From positions 1-64,000 of the IMG/VR virus record IMGVR_UViG_3300036818_000070: a DNA stretch of 64,000 nucleotides; one strand, written 5' to 3'. The notes under the pieces are model-generated. The model searched no databases. It saw only the letters and a program-made list of their open reading frames with translations, and was not told the origin of the DNA. The translations under genes and the position numbers were made by a program. Source of the stretch: a virus. This document shows, in pieces, positions 37,482 through 47,902 of this stretch (positions within the stretch are counted from its first letter, which is position 1; each line of letters opens with the position of its first letter).

Positions 37482-38549
37482 ATGGCTGACCTGGCGGACG
37501 GCTCGGGCGCGGAGGACGCGCGCCTGAAGGAGAAAACGACCGATGCGTGGCATCGGGAACTCGACGGCGGGCGCATCGAAGTGATGTGCAAGGCCCCCGG
37601 CTACCGGATTCGCGTGACGGCTCCGGCGGAGGAGGCTTGGCAGGCCGTCGAGATGTTCGAGCGCTGGACCGGGCTCATTGTTCGCTCAGATCGCCGACCG
37701 CGGCGCACGCCTAGCGTGCCCGCCGGACAGCTATCAATGACCGAACTGTAGGTGGGCCGTAATGAGTGAATCGACGTGCCAGGCGTGTGGCGCGAACATC
37801 GACATCGCGACCGTTGTCGGGACGGAGGAGCGCGTCGCCCTGGAGAAGTACACTGACGCCAGCACTGATGCTCCGCGATACCGCATCGTGGGTGTCAACC
37901 CGCTGCGAGTCGAGAGGGTGCCGGATTCGGCGCCGGGCGACTTCTACCCTGACCACAACTTCGACTGCAAGGACTCAAATGCCGGGCGAACGTTCTGAGG
38001 CTGACCGCGTGCGGCTGCGCCTACGGGAACTCGGCCAACAGCGAGTGCAGCACGCTGCCGCTGGCGAGGAGCTTGCAGACGAGATCAAGAAGACGGTCAG
38101 GGAAGCTCAAAGCAGCAGCGTGCCTCTCGCTGAGGTTGCGCGCCTGCTCGGGCTCGATCGCTCGACGCTCTATCGGACCTATCTCGATGGCGGGGAAGGC
38201 TAGCCTTGCGCGCCCAGCCCGCACAGAGTACGAGACCCTAACCAAGCACGACGCGCTCGGGCGGCCGGTGCTGACCCGAGTCTCGCCGTTTAGCTTCATG
38301 CAGGTGCTCGTCCGGGGCGGCCTGGCGCTCAACGAGGTCCCAGATAACCACTGGGCTAAAGAGTTCATCGACGGCGGCGACTGCGCGCGCGTCAAATGTG
38401 CGTGTGGCTGCGAGCCGGTGGTCCATATCGCGGCGATGCCGACCAAGTGTGAGTGTGGACGCTGGTTCTTCTTCGACGCAACTGGCGTTTACTCGATGTG
38501 CAAGCCTGGGCAGCGGGCCGACGCGCCGGAGGAGCCCGCCCCGGCGTAG
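37482..38549 (+). CDS. four small genes (37482-37751, 37762-37998 Zn-binding, 37979-38203 HTH, 38187-38549 Cys-rich)
   Basis: CQAC; LAEVARLLGLDRSTLYR; CAC/CEC. Confidence 0.6.
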
Positions 38550-38554
38550 ATTAG
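38540..38554 (+). promoter_or_regulatory. putative late promoter motif, copy 2
   Basis: CCCGGCGTAGATTAG upstream of lysis cassette. Confidence 0.65.
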
Positions 38555-38664
38555 GAGCCGTGACGGTTGCAGGAGGGACTCAAAACCGTGCTAGGACAGG
38601 TCATTGGTGAAACCACTCAGCCCAGCGAACTCGTTGTCGCTCAACAGCCTCAGAGCAGGCCGGG

Positions 38665-39690
38665 ATGAACCGTCATCTGCCGCCGTTCCTTCTGCAACTG
38701 TTGGGTATCGCGATCTGCATAGCGAGTGTGGTCTACTACTTCGCGACACTGAACGTCAGCCTGTATATCACCGGGCTGGGGTTCAGTTTGGCCACGCTGG
38801 GGACGGTGCAGAGGTTGTTCTCGGCGGTCTACGACGAGGTAGCAGGGAACGCGACCGACTGGGAGAAGCCATCAGAGCACTCCCGGTACTCGTTGCCGCA
38901 GCAAGAAGTGCTTCCAGAAGGAGACGACGGGTCATGGGACGGGGGCGAGCTGCCTTGAAGCTTCGCGCCGTGATTCTCGCCGCGCTGCTTGCCGTGCTGG
39001 TCCTGCTACTGCTGTCCTCCATCGCTGCGCACAGTCCGCTGGCGCTGTTCGCCTTCACAGTGGCCGCTGTGCTCGTGATCGGGTTGGAGCTGCATGACTC
39101 TGCGCGGTGCATCCAGCGAGCGAGAAGGCGTCACCATCATGTCCGACGCTGAGCGTCGCCAGAACGAGCGCCGCTGGGTCGATCGACCCGGCGAAAGCGC
39201 CCAGCTTCGTGCCACGGTCGCGCAGCACATCCAGGACCTGCGCGAAGCCGGAGACGATGACCTCGCGGCGCTGATCGAGGCGGTCGCGGTCGAGTACCGC
39301 TACTACGCGAAGCGCAATTGGGCGAAGGTGCGACAGATCGGGACCAAGGCTAGCCGCTTCATGATCGCGGCCGGGGTCGTCCTGTGCTTCTACATCGCAT
39401 TCGAGGCCGGTCTCGCCGTCGAGGAGCTGCACTTGTCACACCAGACACGTCACACGCAGCAGCAGATTCAGCAGAGTCGCTACGCCAATGCGGTCGATTC
39501 ATGCCGAACAGACGACACCCGCAACGCGGACTTCGTCAAGTTGCTTCAGCACTACACGACGCCCGCCCAGCGGCAGGCCAAGAACTACACCGAGGTCTTG
39601 CTGTTCGTGGACGCGCTGGTGCCAGTCCACGGCAATTGCGTCGCCTTTGCGCGCGGCCAGGTGGCGCTACCCGCCGGTCCACGCAACTGA
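38665..39690 (+). CDS. three membrane proteins, holin/lysis-accessory candidates (38665-38958, 38955-39152, 39139-39690)
   Basis: 1-2 TM helices each, upstream of endolysin. Confidence 0.6.
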
Positions 39691-39724
39691 AGTCCGTCTG
39701 TAGGCTGCTGTACGATGCCACAGC

Positions 39725-40099
39725 ATGGCCCCCTTGACGACCGACCGACTGGCCGAAGCGTTGCAGCTCGCCCGCGACTTGCTCGACCAGGACTCGGCGC
39801 ACTACGAGCGCGGCCGGTTCGGCTTCGAGCTGGCCGCGGGCTGGCGGCTGGCGATTTCCCCGGACGATGCGGAAAGGCTTCGCGTCGAGGTTGTTTCCGG
39901 GGCGCAGACCTGCGGTACGATGTGGACCCGCGCGACCGATCATGAGCGACTGGCGGAGCTTGTGACGACTGCGCGAGATGAGGCACTAGCCCTCGAAAGG
40001 GATGATGATGCGGAAGGCACCTTGGTATCTGTGGGTCATCGTCGCCTGCGCGGCGGTCTGCTTGAGCCTATTCGGGCTCGGGCTCGCGGACGTCGGTAG
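39725..40099 (+). CDS. hypothetical protein (overlaps endolysin start)
   Basis: 124-aa ORF with good codon bias. Confidence 0.45.
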   Translation: MAPLTTDRLAEALQLARDLLDQDSAHYERGRFGFELAAGWRLAISPDDAERLRVEVVSGAQTCGTMWTRATDHERLAELVTTARDEALALERDDDAEGTLVSVGHRRLRGGLLEPIRARARGRR

Positions 40100-41180
40100 C
40101 ACCACCACCACCGTCACGAGGACGGTTACAACACCGTCGCGAACATCCACGACGGCGGCAGCGCAGCTCAAGGCACAAGCCGTGGCGCCGTGCGGCGCGA
40201 ACGACAAGGGCTCGATGGGCGGTTGTGCGCCGAGGACATTTTCCGGCGCGATCACGCAGCCCGCTGGCGTCCTGTTCTGTGACCGCAGCAACAACAACAC
40301 GCTTCAGTCAGGCGCCGCCCTCAAGGCCGAGGGCTGCCACGGGTTGATAGCCAAGGCGAACCAGGGCTCCTGGGACGACCCGACGACGGCCTCGTGGATA
40401 AACAACGCGCGGTCGGTCGGGCTCGCTGTCGGCGTCTACGACTTCGATGCCGACTACACGGTCGCGGAGGCGAAGGTGTTCGCTTCCGCCGCGCGTGCCG
40501 TCGCCATCACGCCGACGGCACGTAACACCTTCCTGCTCATTCTCGACGTCGAGTGGGGCTCGTTCAACTACACCGGCCTCAAGGCGCAGATCCACTACCT
40601 CGTGGGGCTCGGCTACCGGGTCGGCATCTACACGGGGGAGTGGTACTGGACGCCGCACGCTGGCGACATCTGGCCGACGAACACCTACGGCTGGCTCTCT
40701 GGCTACCCGGTCGCAGTGACGATCACCGGCATGCCGACGAACCTCTATGTCATGCACCAATACACCAGCTCGCCGCTCGACCAGTCGGTGTACTTCGGGT
40801 CCCTGGCGCAGTTCGAGGCGTTCGTGAACAACGCCCCCGTCCCGGTCAAGACGACCACCGCGACGACGGCGACCAAGACCTCGACCACGCCGACGAAGAG
40901 GCGCAACCCCAAGGTCAAGCCGAAGCCCACAATGCGCCTGGCCATCGTCGTTGGACGCTACCCGCACAAATCTGAGGTGCGCGTCCGGGCGGGATACGAC
41001 CGCCGGGGACTCGGCGACGGCTGGTGGGAATACGTACCGAACCGGAGCGCCGCCAAGGGGGCAACTCTCGTTGGCCGGTACGGGCGCAAATCGCAAGTGC
41101 CGGTCCGACGCGGTTCCACGCGCCGGGGACTCGGCGATGGCTGGTGGGAATACGTCAAGACCAAGGAGACGACGAAGTGA
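40002..41180 (+). CDS. GH25-type endolysin with N-terminal signal/TM and C-terminal repeats
   Basis: DRSNNN, KANQG, GVYDF, LDVE, GIYTG, HQYTS, DQS. Confidence 0.8.
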   Translation: MMMRKAPWYLWVIVACAAVCLSLFGLGLADVGSTTTTVTRTVTTPSRTSTTAAAQLKAQAVAPCGANDKGSMGGCAPRTFSGAITQPAGVLFCDRSNNNTLQSGAALKAEGCHGLIAKANQGSWDDPTTASWINNARSVGLAVGVYDFDADYTVAEAKVFASAARAVAITPTARNTFLLILDVEWGSFNYTGLKAQIHYLVGLGYRVGIYTGEWYWTPHAGDIWPTNTYGWLSGYPVAVTITGMPTNLYVMHQYTSSPLDQSVYFGSLAQFEAFVNNAPVPVKTTTATTATKTSTTPTKRRNPKVKPKPTMRLAIVVGRYPHKSEVRVRAGYDRRGLGDGWWEYVPNRSAAKGATLVGRYGRKSQVPVRRGSTRRGLGDGWWEYVKTKETTK

Positions 41181-42097
41181 GCGCCACCCAGGAACATCCC
41201 CATTTCGCGCGGATGAGGTACGAGGCCGAGCATCAGGGCCACTTCTTCGCCACGCAGCAGCACGCCGACCTCATCAAGCTCGTGCGCGCCGTCAACGCAC
41301 CCAGGCGCGTGCTCACGGCCGAGGAGCATCAGGTCCACCAGCCGAAGCTCGACCTGCGCAGCTACCTCGTTGGCGACAACGAGGCGCCCGCCTCCATCTC
41401 GCGCGTGCTGCCACCGTTCGGGGACGCGTGGCTGAACGACACGCTCGGCGACTGCGGGGAGGCGATGGCTCTCAACGGCATCCAGACCTTCCACTCGGCC
41501 GCTGGTACGGCGATTCCGCCCTTCGCCAACGCGGACGCCGAAACCCTCTATGAGCAGGTCGGGGGTTACGACCCGACCGCCCCGCTCGTGGACGGGCAGA
41601 ACCCCACCGACCAGGGCACCGACAACAACGTGCTCGTGGCGAAGTGGAAGAACCCAGGCGTGTCGTGCAAGGCCGACGGCAGCCGCCACCAGATCGCCGC
41701 CTCGCTGTTCATCGACCCAGCCGACACCAACCTGACCAAGCTGGCCATCTGGGAGTTCGTCGTCAACTTCCGTGCCTACGCGTTGCCGATCACGGCCGAG
41801 ACGCAGCAGGGCCAGTGGAGCGTCGAGGGCGACGGCCAGACCGGCGACTCAGCGCCCGGCTCATACGGCTACCACGACATCGCCCAGCAGGAATATGACG
41901 CGGCGGCCATACACATCAAGACGTGGGGCCTGCCGTGGCTGGTGGACTGGGACTTCGACACGACGTACGAGGTCCAGGGCTTCGTGGTCGTGACACGGGA
42001 GCAGCTCAGCCTGAAGGGCGTGAGCCCCGCGGGCGTTGACTGGACCGCGCTCAACGCGGACATCGCAAAGCTGCCCTCCAGCAATAGCAGCAACTAA
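41177..42097 (+). CDS. papain-like cysteine peptidase candidate
   Basis: NDTLGDC...GYH...TWG. Confidence 0.55.
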   Translation: MSATQEHPHFARMRYEAEHQGHFFATQQHADLIKLVRAVNAPRRVLTAEEHQVHQPKLDLRSYLVGDNEAPASISRVLPPFGDAWLNDTLGDCGEAMALNGIQTFHSAAGTAIPPFANADAETLYEQVGGYDPTAPLVDGQNPTDQGTDNNVLVAKWKNPGVSCKADGSRHQIAASLFIDPADTNLTKLAIWEFVVNFRAYALPITAETQQGQWSVEGDGQTGDSAPGSYGYHDIAQQEYDAAAIHIKTWGLPWLVDWDFDTTYEVQGFVVVTREQLSLKGVSPAGVDWTALNADIAKLPSSNSSN

Positions 42098-42134
42098 AAA
42101 CCGTCCTCGCAAGGACAAAGGAGTCAGGAGTCAC

Positions 42135-42707
42135 ATGGACGTCAAGTCTGAGGTCGCGACGGTGGAAGCAGCCGTCAAGCCGACCTTCACTCAAGTAGAG
42201 AAGTTCGTTGCGGCGTTCTCGCCGCTCATCGCCGTGCTCGTCGGCTATGTCGCCACGCTGGTCGCCAAGGACTTCCCTGGCGTCAGCATCAACCAGGACG
42301 AGCTGATCTGGGTGTTTATCGTGGCGTTCGCCGGAGTGGTGCTGCTCGTCATCCGCTGGCTGGAGGCGAAGCACAGGGCGATCTTGTCCGACATTCAGAC
42401 CGCCGCGCTGGCGCCAGTGCATTTCGCGGAGGGAATACTCGGCGATGTCACGTCGCCATTGACCGAGGCCGCTGTGGTCTCGCTCATCAAGAAGGAGCTG
42501 GAGTCACATTCCAGCGAGATCGACGCGATCATCACCGACCTGGAGAAGCAGCTCCCTACCCAGGTCGTGCAGGTGCTTCAGAACCTGCTGAAGGACGTCA
42601 ATCTCGGCGATCTGCTCAGCGGCAAGGTGAACCTCGGAGACCTCCTGGCTGCCAAGATTACCCCGGCACCGGTCGCCCCGGTTGCTGCACCCGTCACCCA
42701 GTCGTAA
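42135..42707 (+). CDS. holin-like membrane protein
   Basis: Two TM helices; SD AGGAG; follows lysins. Confidence 0.6.
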   Translation: MDVKSEVATVEAAVKPTFTQVEKFVAAFSPLIAVLVGYVATLVAKDFPGVSINQDELIWVFIVAFAGVVLLVIRWLEAKHRAILSDIQTAALAPVHFAEGILGDVTSPLTEAAVVSLIKKELESHSSEIDAIITDLEKQLPTQVVQVLQNLLKDVNLGDLLSGKVNLGDLLAAKITPAPVAPVAAPVTQS

Positions 42708-42712
42708 GGGGC

Positions 42713-43126
42713 ATGGCGCCCGGTATTCGCACGGAGTGGCACTTGGCTGAGCTAGTGACAACCGGAGACCCGTTCGAGGGCACCGCCTACTCGGGCGTCG
42801 AGATTCGTCTCGACGGCTCGGTGGCGGAGCTGTCGATCAACCTCCAGCGCCTGCTCGACCAGGAGGAGGGCCTGTTCAAGTTCGGGCTCACGTGCGACCT
42901 GAAAGACGCTGGGCAGGACTGCCGCTCCTGCCCGATGGCCACGGTCAACCCAGACGAGCGTCGGTCGGCGCTGTGTCGTCTCGGGAAGGACCAGTGCGCC
43001 CTGTCGGAGCGCATCGAGACGGTGCACGCTCCGCTGCAAGAGATCGGTGAACACGTCGGCGTGTTCATGGAGATGGGCCAGCTCGACGGCGAGTACGCCG
43101 AGCTGCTGGAGGCGGTGGGGCTCTGA
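42713..43126 (+). CDS. Cys-containing hypothetical protein
   Basis: C..CRSCP..C. Confidence 0.6.
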   Translation: MAPGIRTEWHLAELVTTGDPFEGTAYSGVEIRLDGSVAELSINLQRLLDQEEGLFKFGLTCDLKDAGQDCRSCPMATVNPDERRSALCRLGKDQCALSERIETVHAPLQEIGEHVGVFMEMGQLDGEYAELLEAVGL

Positions 43127-43282
43127 TGGACCCCATAGAGCAGCCCACCGCCACGGCTCCGCGTCCCGGCGGCCTGCCGCCATCCCCGGCTGCCCAGCGA
43201 GATCTCGCGCTGGCGCGACTCTTCACCGCGCTGGCTTCGCTGGCCAGCAAGGTGGAGAAGCTCGTTGATCGAGAGCTAACGG

Positions 43283-43810
43283 ATGCTGGTCGCTGAGCGC
43301 GATCAGATCGAGGCGCTCGACTCCGGCGCTCTGTTCTCACCCTGCCGCCGCTACAGGTACCTCCTGTGGCGGCGGTGGGACGAGAGCTTGCCGACGATGG
43401 CGCTCATCGGCCTCAACCCGTCAACTGCCGACGAGCAGAAGGACGACCCCACCATCCGGCGCTGCATCGGCTACGCCAGGGACTGGGGCTTCGGCGCGCT
43501 GCACATGCTGAACATCTTCGCATGGCGCTCGACAATGCCGAGCGTGCTGAGACAGCAGGGAGGCGCAGCGGTGGGGCCGCGCAACAACGAGTACATCGCC
43601 GAGGTCGTGGGCAACGCCCACACCACGGTCTGCGCCCGGGGGACGCACGGAGCGCTTCGTGGGCGCAGCGTGGAAGTACGGAAGCTCCTCGCTTCCCTTG
43701 GGGTAGTGCCGGTGGTTCTGAAGCTGACGAAGGACGGCTACCCCAGCCATCCGCTGTACCTGCCTAAGAACCTGACGCCGGTCGCATGGCCGTACCCTCG
43801 TGGCCTCTGA
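43283..43810 (+). CDS. DUF1643 family protein
   Basis: YRY.LWRRW, LNPSTAD...DDPTIRRC, HPLY. Confidence 0.85.
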   Translation: MLVAERDQIEALDSGALFSPCRRYRYLLWRRWDESLPTMALIGLNPSTADEQKDDPTIRRCIGYARDWGFGALHMLNIFAWRSTMPSVLRQQGGAAVGPRNNEYIAEVVGNAHTTVCARGTHGALRGRSVEVRKLLASLGVVPVVLKLTKDGYPSHPLYLPKNLTPVAWPYPRGL

Positions 43811-44243
43811 GCGCCAGCCACGCCATCAGGTGACGACCCGCTATCTCCGCGTGCCAGCGGAAGACTGGGCGGCCGTGCGCCAGGGCATCAAGACCGAGTT
43901 CCGCACGCGACCCCGCGAGGGCGTGCTCACCAAATGTAACGTGCCAACTCCAGTCGTGGCGTACGCGACACGGCGGGTCGCCGGGGCGACGCCGACCGCG
44001 CTCATGGTGCTGGAAGAGCGCCGCTACGAGCCACTGTTCTATCTGGCCGATGATGCCGACGGATTGGCGCGCGAAGGCTTCCCGACCTATGACCACTTTC
44101 GTCGCTACTGGCGCAAGCGAACGGGTGACAGCTACAGGCCGACGGCGCGGGTGTACGTCTGGCGCGTCCGGCCGTGGCGTGCCGGTGATGGCCACGCCTT
44201 CGGCGCCTCGCTGCTCCACGAACTCTACGGGGAGCATCTATGA
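43800..44243 (+). CDS. ASCH-domain protein
   Basis: G.KTEFR, AREGF...F..YW. Confidence 0.65.
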   Translation: MASERQPRHQVTTRYLRVPAEDWAAVRQGIKTEFRTRPREGVLTKCNVPTPVVAYATRRVAGATPTALMVLEERRYEPLFYLADDADGLAREGFPTYDHFRRYWRKRTGDSYRPTARVYVWRVRPWRAGDGHAFGASLLHELYGEHL

Positions 44244-44644
44244 CCGGCGTGCCGATCATCAGCAACCCGCAGAGCTTCTGGGAAGAGGCCCGATACCAGG
44301 CCGTCTGCGCCGTCTGTGAACGCGCTGGGCCATTCCACGCCCACCATGTGGTGTCCAAGAGCTGGCTGACGCAACGCGGGCTCCCTGAGTACGACACGCG
44401 CAACGCGCTTCGGCTTTGCTGCCACGACCCCAACAACTGTCACTTCAACTTCGAGTGGGGTGGCGTGGGCAAGGTCCAGGTGCTCGTCAGGCATCTCGTG
44501 CAGCTCAACCTCTGCTACGTGTTCGAGACGATGGGCGCGGGTCCCGGAATCGAGTTTCTGCGGCGCGAGTACCTGTACGAGGAGGGCACTGACGTGCGTT
44601 GGGAGCAGCACCTCACCAGCCGGTGCCCGTGGTGTCAGTCATGA
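44240..44644 (+). CDS. HNH endonuclease
   Basis: CAVC, HHVV, N.LRLC...CH. Confidence 0.7.
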   Translation: MTGVPIISNPQSFWEEARYQAVCAVCERAGPFHAHHVVSKSWLTQRGLPEYDTRNALRLCCHDPNNCHFNFEWGGVGKVQVLVRHLVQLNLCYVFETMGAGPGIEFLRREYLYEEGTDVRWEQHLTSRCPWCQS

Positions 44645-45297
44645 CCCAGATCGTGGACTACGCCGTCGAGCTGCCCGCTGGGGGCGTCCTGCACCTTCAG
44701 TCACCGGACGAGGTCGAGCTGTGGGAGACCTCACTCAAGCGGTACCGCGAGGAGTACCCGACGCTCATCAAGATGAACGATCTCATTACGCTGGGCAACC
44801 TGCTCCAGCAGCAGGTGGTGATCTTCAGGTGTCAGACCAACATCAACGGTATGGTGCCCGAGCTGGACGCGCAGAACGTGCCGACCGGCCGCTACCAGCG
44901 CCAGCAGATGACCGGCGCGGACCTGTCGGCCTATCAGCGAGCACTCACGGAGGCCGCCAAGGAGATGCGCAGCCTGGAGAAGTCGCTGGGCATTGACAAG
45001 GCGACGCGCGAGTCTGGGGGCGCTCACACCGTGGACAGCTACATCGCGACGCTCAAGCGCGCCGCTCATGCTCGCGGCATCCACATCGCAAAGCGCACAC
45101 TGGCCTACGAAGCGTTCGTGAACGACCTGCGCTGGCGCGTGCGCATGCTCTACCACTCTGACGCCGAGGACCGCGCCTACCACAACATCACACCGCGCAG
45201 CGTGCTCGACTTCGTCAATGATGAGCTGGTGAAGCTGGAGGACGTGGACAAGACGTTTGCGCATGAGAAGGGTCGCCTGTTCGTGGGCCAGCTATGA
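44641..45297 (+). CDS. putative terminase small subunit
   Basis: Helical, LEKSLGIDKATR; upstream of TerL. Confidence 0.5.
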   Translation: MTQIVDYAVELPAGGVLHLQSPDEVELWETSLKRYREEYPTLIKMNDLITLGNLLQQQVVIFRCQTNINGMVPELDAQNVPTGRYQRQQMTGADLSAYQRALTEAAKEMRSLEKSLGIDKATRESGGAHTVDSYIATLKRAAHARGIHIAKRTLAYEAFVNDLRWRVRMLYHSDAEDRAYHNITPRSVLDFVNDELVKLEDVDKTFAHEKGRLFVGQL

Positions 45298-45981
45298 GCC
45301 TCATCGCAGAGCTGTGCCGCGTCTTCAACGCCAGGCCGGAGGCGATCGGCTGCGCAATGCGCCACCGCCAGATCACCGTGGACGGCTACGTGATGCGTCC
45401 TGAGTACGACCGGCGCTGGTCGGAGCGACAGCTTCGCGGTCGCATGGCCGCGCTGAACTTCAACAAGGGCGGGACGAAACGGGAGGCGAGGCTTTATGGC
45501 TGAACACAAGTCGAATGGTAATGACGTTCTGGGCGCGCAGATCATGGTCACGCCGGAGCGCGTGTGTTGCGCCGCCCACCTAGAGCCGCTGCGCTGGAAG
45601 TGGCCGGATGGCTTCGCAACCTTCTCGCTGGCGATGCTGCAACCGGCGCTCGCCTCGGACGGCCTCCAGCGTGCGGTGCGAGCCCTCGTGAGGCGGCCCG
45701 GCGGCAAGTTGCCAGTGGAGATGGTCAATCAGGTCTTCGAGAAGCGCCCGATGTGCTTCTACCTGACGCGCGATGAGCTGCGAGACGCGCTCGTGGAGAG
45801 CGGTGTCACTCGCAAGCAGCGCTGCGACGTGTGCGGTCACATCGAGCGTGGGGCACCGTGTCGCGTCAAGATGGCGCCCGGTTCGGCTGCGGAGTTCGCA
45901 GAGCAGACACTGTGCGTCAACTGCTGGCTGGATGCCGGGGAGCTGGCCCACCGAGAGTGGGACGCCCGTGGCCGCGGGTGA
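45294..45981 (+). CDS. two hypothetical genes (45294-45503; 45496-45981 Zn-binding)
   Basis: Coupled ORFs; CDVC/CVNC. Confidence 0.55.
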
Positions 45982-47716
45982 GCTAGGAGTCATCGACGGC
46001 GCGCAGGAGATGCGCGCACTGGAAGGCTCGTGGCTATTCGATGAGGACGACTGGGCTCTGATCGCGCAGCTCCAGGACCCGATCTACATGGCCGAGCTGC
46101 TGTGGCAGGACCCGAAGAACAACGAGTACTCGGGCACCTATCACGTGCGCGATTACCAGTACCCGATGTTCCGGCCGACGACCAACTATGAGGGCTACCC
46201 GTGCGCCCGCGACGTCGGGAAGTCGGAGTCGATCAAGGCGAAGGCTGGCACGCACCCGTTCAAGCGAATGGGCGAGGACATGCTCATCACCGCGCCGGAG
46301 CTAATCCATCTTGAGGGCGTCACGCAGCAGGTCGAGCAGCGCCTCAGCGACACGCGGCTGACCAGCGACTTCCTGAAGAAGGAGAACGGCAAGACGGGCT
46401 TCACGCACAAGCCATTCCAGGTGGACTTCGCCGACGGCACGCGCATCGTCGGCCGCATACCAAAGCTCAACGGCACGGGCGTGAAAGGCCAGCACGTTCC
46501 CGACCTGCTCGTGGACGAGGGCCAGGACTACCCCGAGAACGGCTGGATTGAGGTCTTCCCGACCGTCATCAAGGACCACAAGGACGCCGACGGCAACTAC
46601 GACTTCACGTTCCACTTCTACGGCGTGCACAGCGGCGCTGGCGGCGGCCAGTTCGCGCAGCTATCAACCTCCGGTGCGTACAAGGTGACAGCGATCACGG
46701 CGCTGATGAAGCCCGGTTGGAACAAGCAGGAGAAGGAGGCCGCCAAGGCGATGTACGGCGGCTCCAACACTCCCGACTACCGGCGCAACATTCTCGGAGA
46801 GCGTGGCGCCAAGCTGTCACAGTTCTTCAGCACCGCGCGACTCATGGCCTGCATGGACCAGGACAAAGAGTCGCACTACAACACCGCGATCTTCAAGGAA
46901 CAGGAGTTCGAGGCCGAGCAGCTCGACACACTCATCGGGGCGGACGGCGACGTCGGCGACTTGCTCGACCTGCCGGAAGATCTCGGTCAGCAGGTCTTCT
47001 GCGGCATGGACGTCGGGCTCGTCACCGACCCGACTGTCATCACCGTGTGGGCGATCATGCGCCACGAAAGAAAGGCGCGGCTCGCGCTCGTCCGGATGAT
47101 TCACCTCTGGCGGTTCACCGAGAAGCAGATCAGGCAGGTCACGTACCGCATCGGACGCCAGTACGGACTGACGCTACGCAGCTTCGGGCAAGACATCACC
47201 GGCCTCGGCCTGCCGCTCTACCAGTCGATGGAAGCCGACGAGCAATGCCCGAAGCATCTCCGCGAGGTGTCACGCGGCTACGTCTTCAACGCCAAGGTTC
47301 CCGTCTCGGTTGACCCCAACTATGTCAGCGAGCAGGGCCAACAGATGGTCGATCAGTACGGGCATATCGTGCAGGTGGTCCGTGACAAGTGGACAGGCCA
47401 GGAGCGGCTCGTGGCGTTCATGTCGATGATCGAGGCCAGCACACGCTACCTCCGCAGCTTCGTGGATGAGACCTTCCTGCTGCTGCCGTTCCACGACAAG
47501 CTCATCCGTGACTTCCAGGGCGAAACAGAGCAGCGCGTTCGGGCGATGGCCGGGGTGCGCAAGAAGCCCAACGCGTTCCACATGCTCGACTCCGCGCGCG
47601 TCATGGCGATGGCCTACAAAGCGGGGGAGATGGAGGAGCAGGTTTACGCGCGCAAGGCCGGTCCGGTGATGGACAAGGCCGTGGACTTCAACATGGACGC
47701 GGTGGCGCTCGGATGA
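45968..47716 (+). CDS. terL: terminase large subunit
   Basis: ARDVGKS, LLVDEGQD, GMDVG, HMLDSAR; start could be 46010. Confidence 0.85.
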   Translation: MAAGELGVIDGAQEMRALEGSWLFDEDDWALIAQLQDPIYMAELLWQDPKNNEYSGTYHVRDYQYPMFRPTTNYEGYPCARDVGKSESIKAKAGTHPFKRMGEDMLITAPELIHLEGVTQQVEQRLSDTRLTSDFLKKENGKTGFTHKPFQVDFADGTRIVGRIPKLNGTGVKGQHVPDLLVDEGQDYPENGWIEVFPTVIKDHKDADGNYDFTFHFYGVHSGAGGGQFAQLSTSGAYKVTAITALMKPGWNKQEKEAAKAMYGGSNTPDYRRNILGERGAKLSQFFSTARLMACMDQDKESHYNTAIFKEQEFEAEQLDTLIGADGDVGDLLDLPEDLGQQVFCGMDVGLVTDPTVITVWAIMRHERKARLALVRMIHLWRFTEKQIRQVTYRIGRQYGLTLRSFGQDITGLGLPLYQSMEADEQCPKHLREVSRGYVFNAKVPVSVDPNYVSEQGQQMVDQYGHIVQVVRDKWTGQERLVAFMSMIEASTRYLRSFVDETFLLLPFHDKLIRDFQGETEQRVRAMAGVRKKPNAFHMLDSARVMAMAYKAGEMEEQVYARKAGPVMDKAVDFNMDAVALG

Positions 47717-47749
47717 GTAAGATTCGGCGTACGCAGTCGGCCGACAGGT

Positions 47750-47895
47750 CCCGGCGCCACGTTCCAACCTACACGCCGTCGCTGGCGAGCGGCCCGAAGC
47801 CCCGAGGTCATAGGCCGAGCATTGCGATTCGGATGGCACCGCTTGAGGGGCGGGTGCGGAAGGCGGAGGGGTTCGACTCCCCGCGTGGCGCCGGG
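47750..47895 (+). ncRNA. tRNA-like structured RNA
   Basis: 12-bp terminal stem plus GGGG-TTCGACT-CCCC T-arm. Confidence 0.55.
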
Positions 47896-47902
47896 GTCCG
47901 CC

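Noticed and set aside
41001-41156. DGR template/variable repeat pair
   Set aside because: No reverse transcriptase in the window; both copies are in-frame protein repeats and differences are not adenine-specific.
47750-47895. Canonical tRNA gene
   Set aside because: No D-arm or anticodon arm at the right spacing, interior too long, no CCA; kept as tRNA-like ncRNA.
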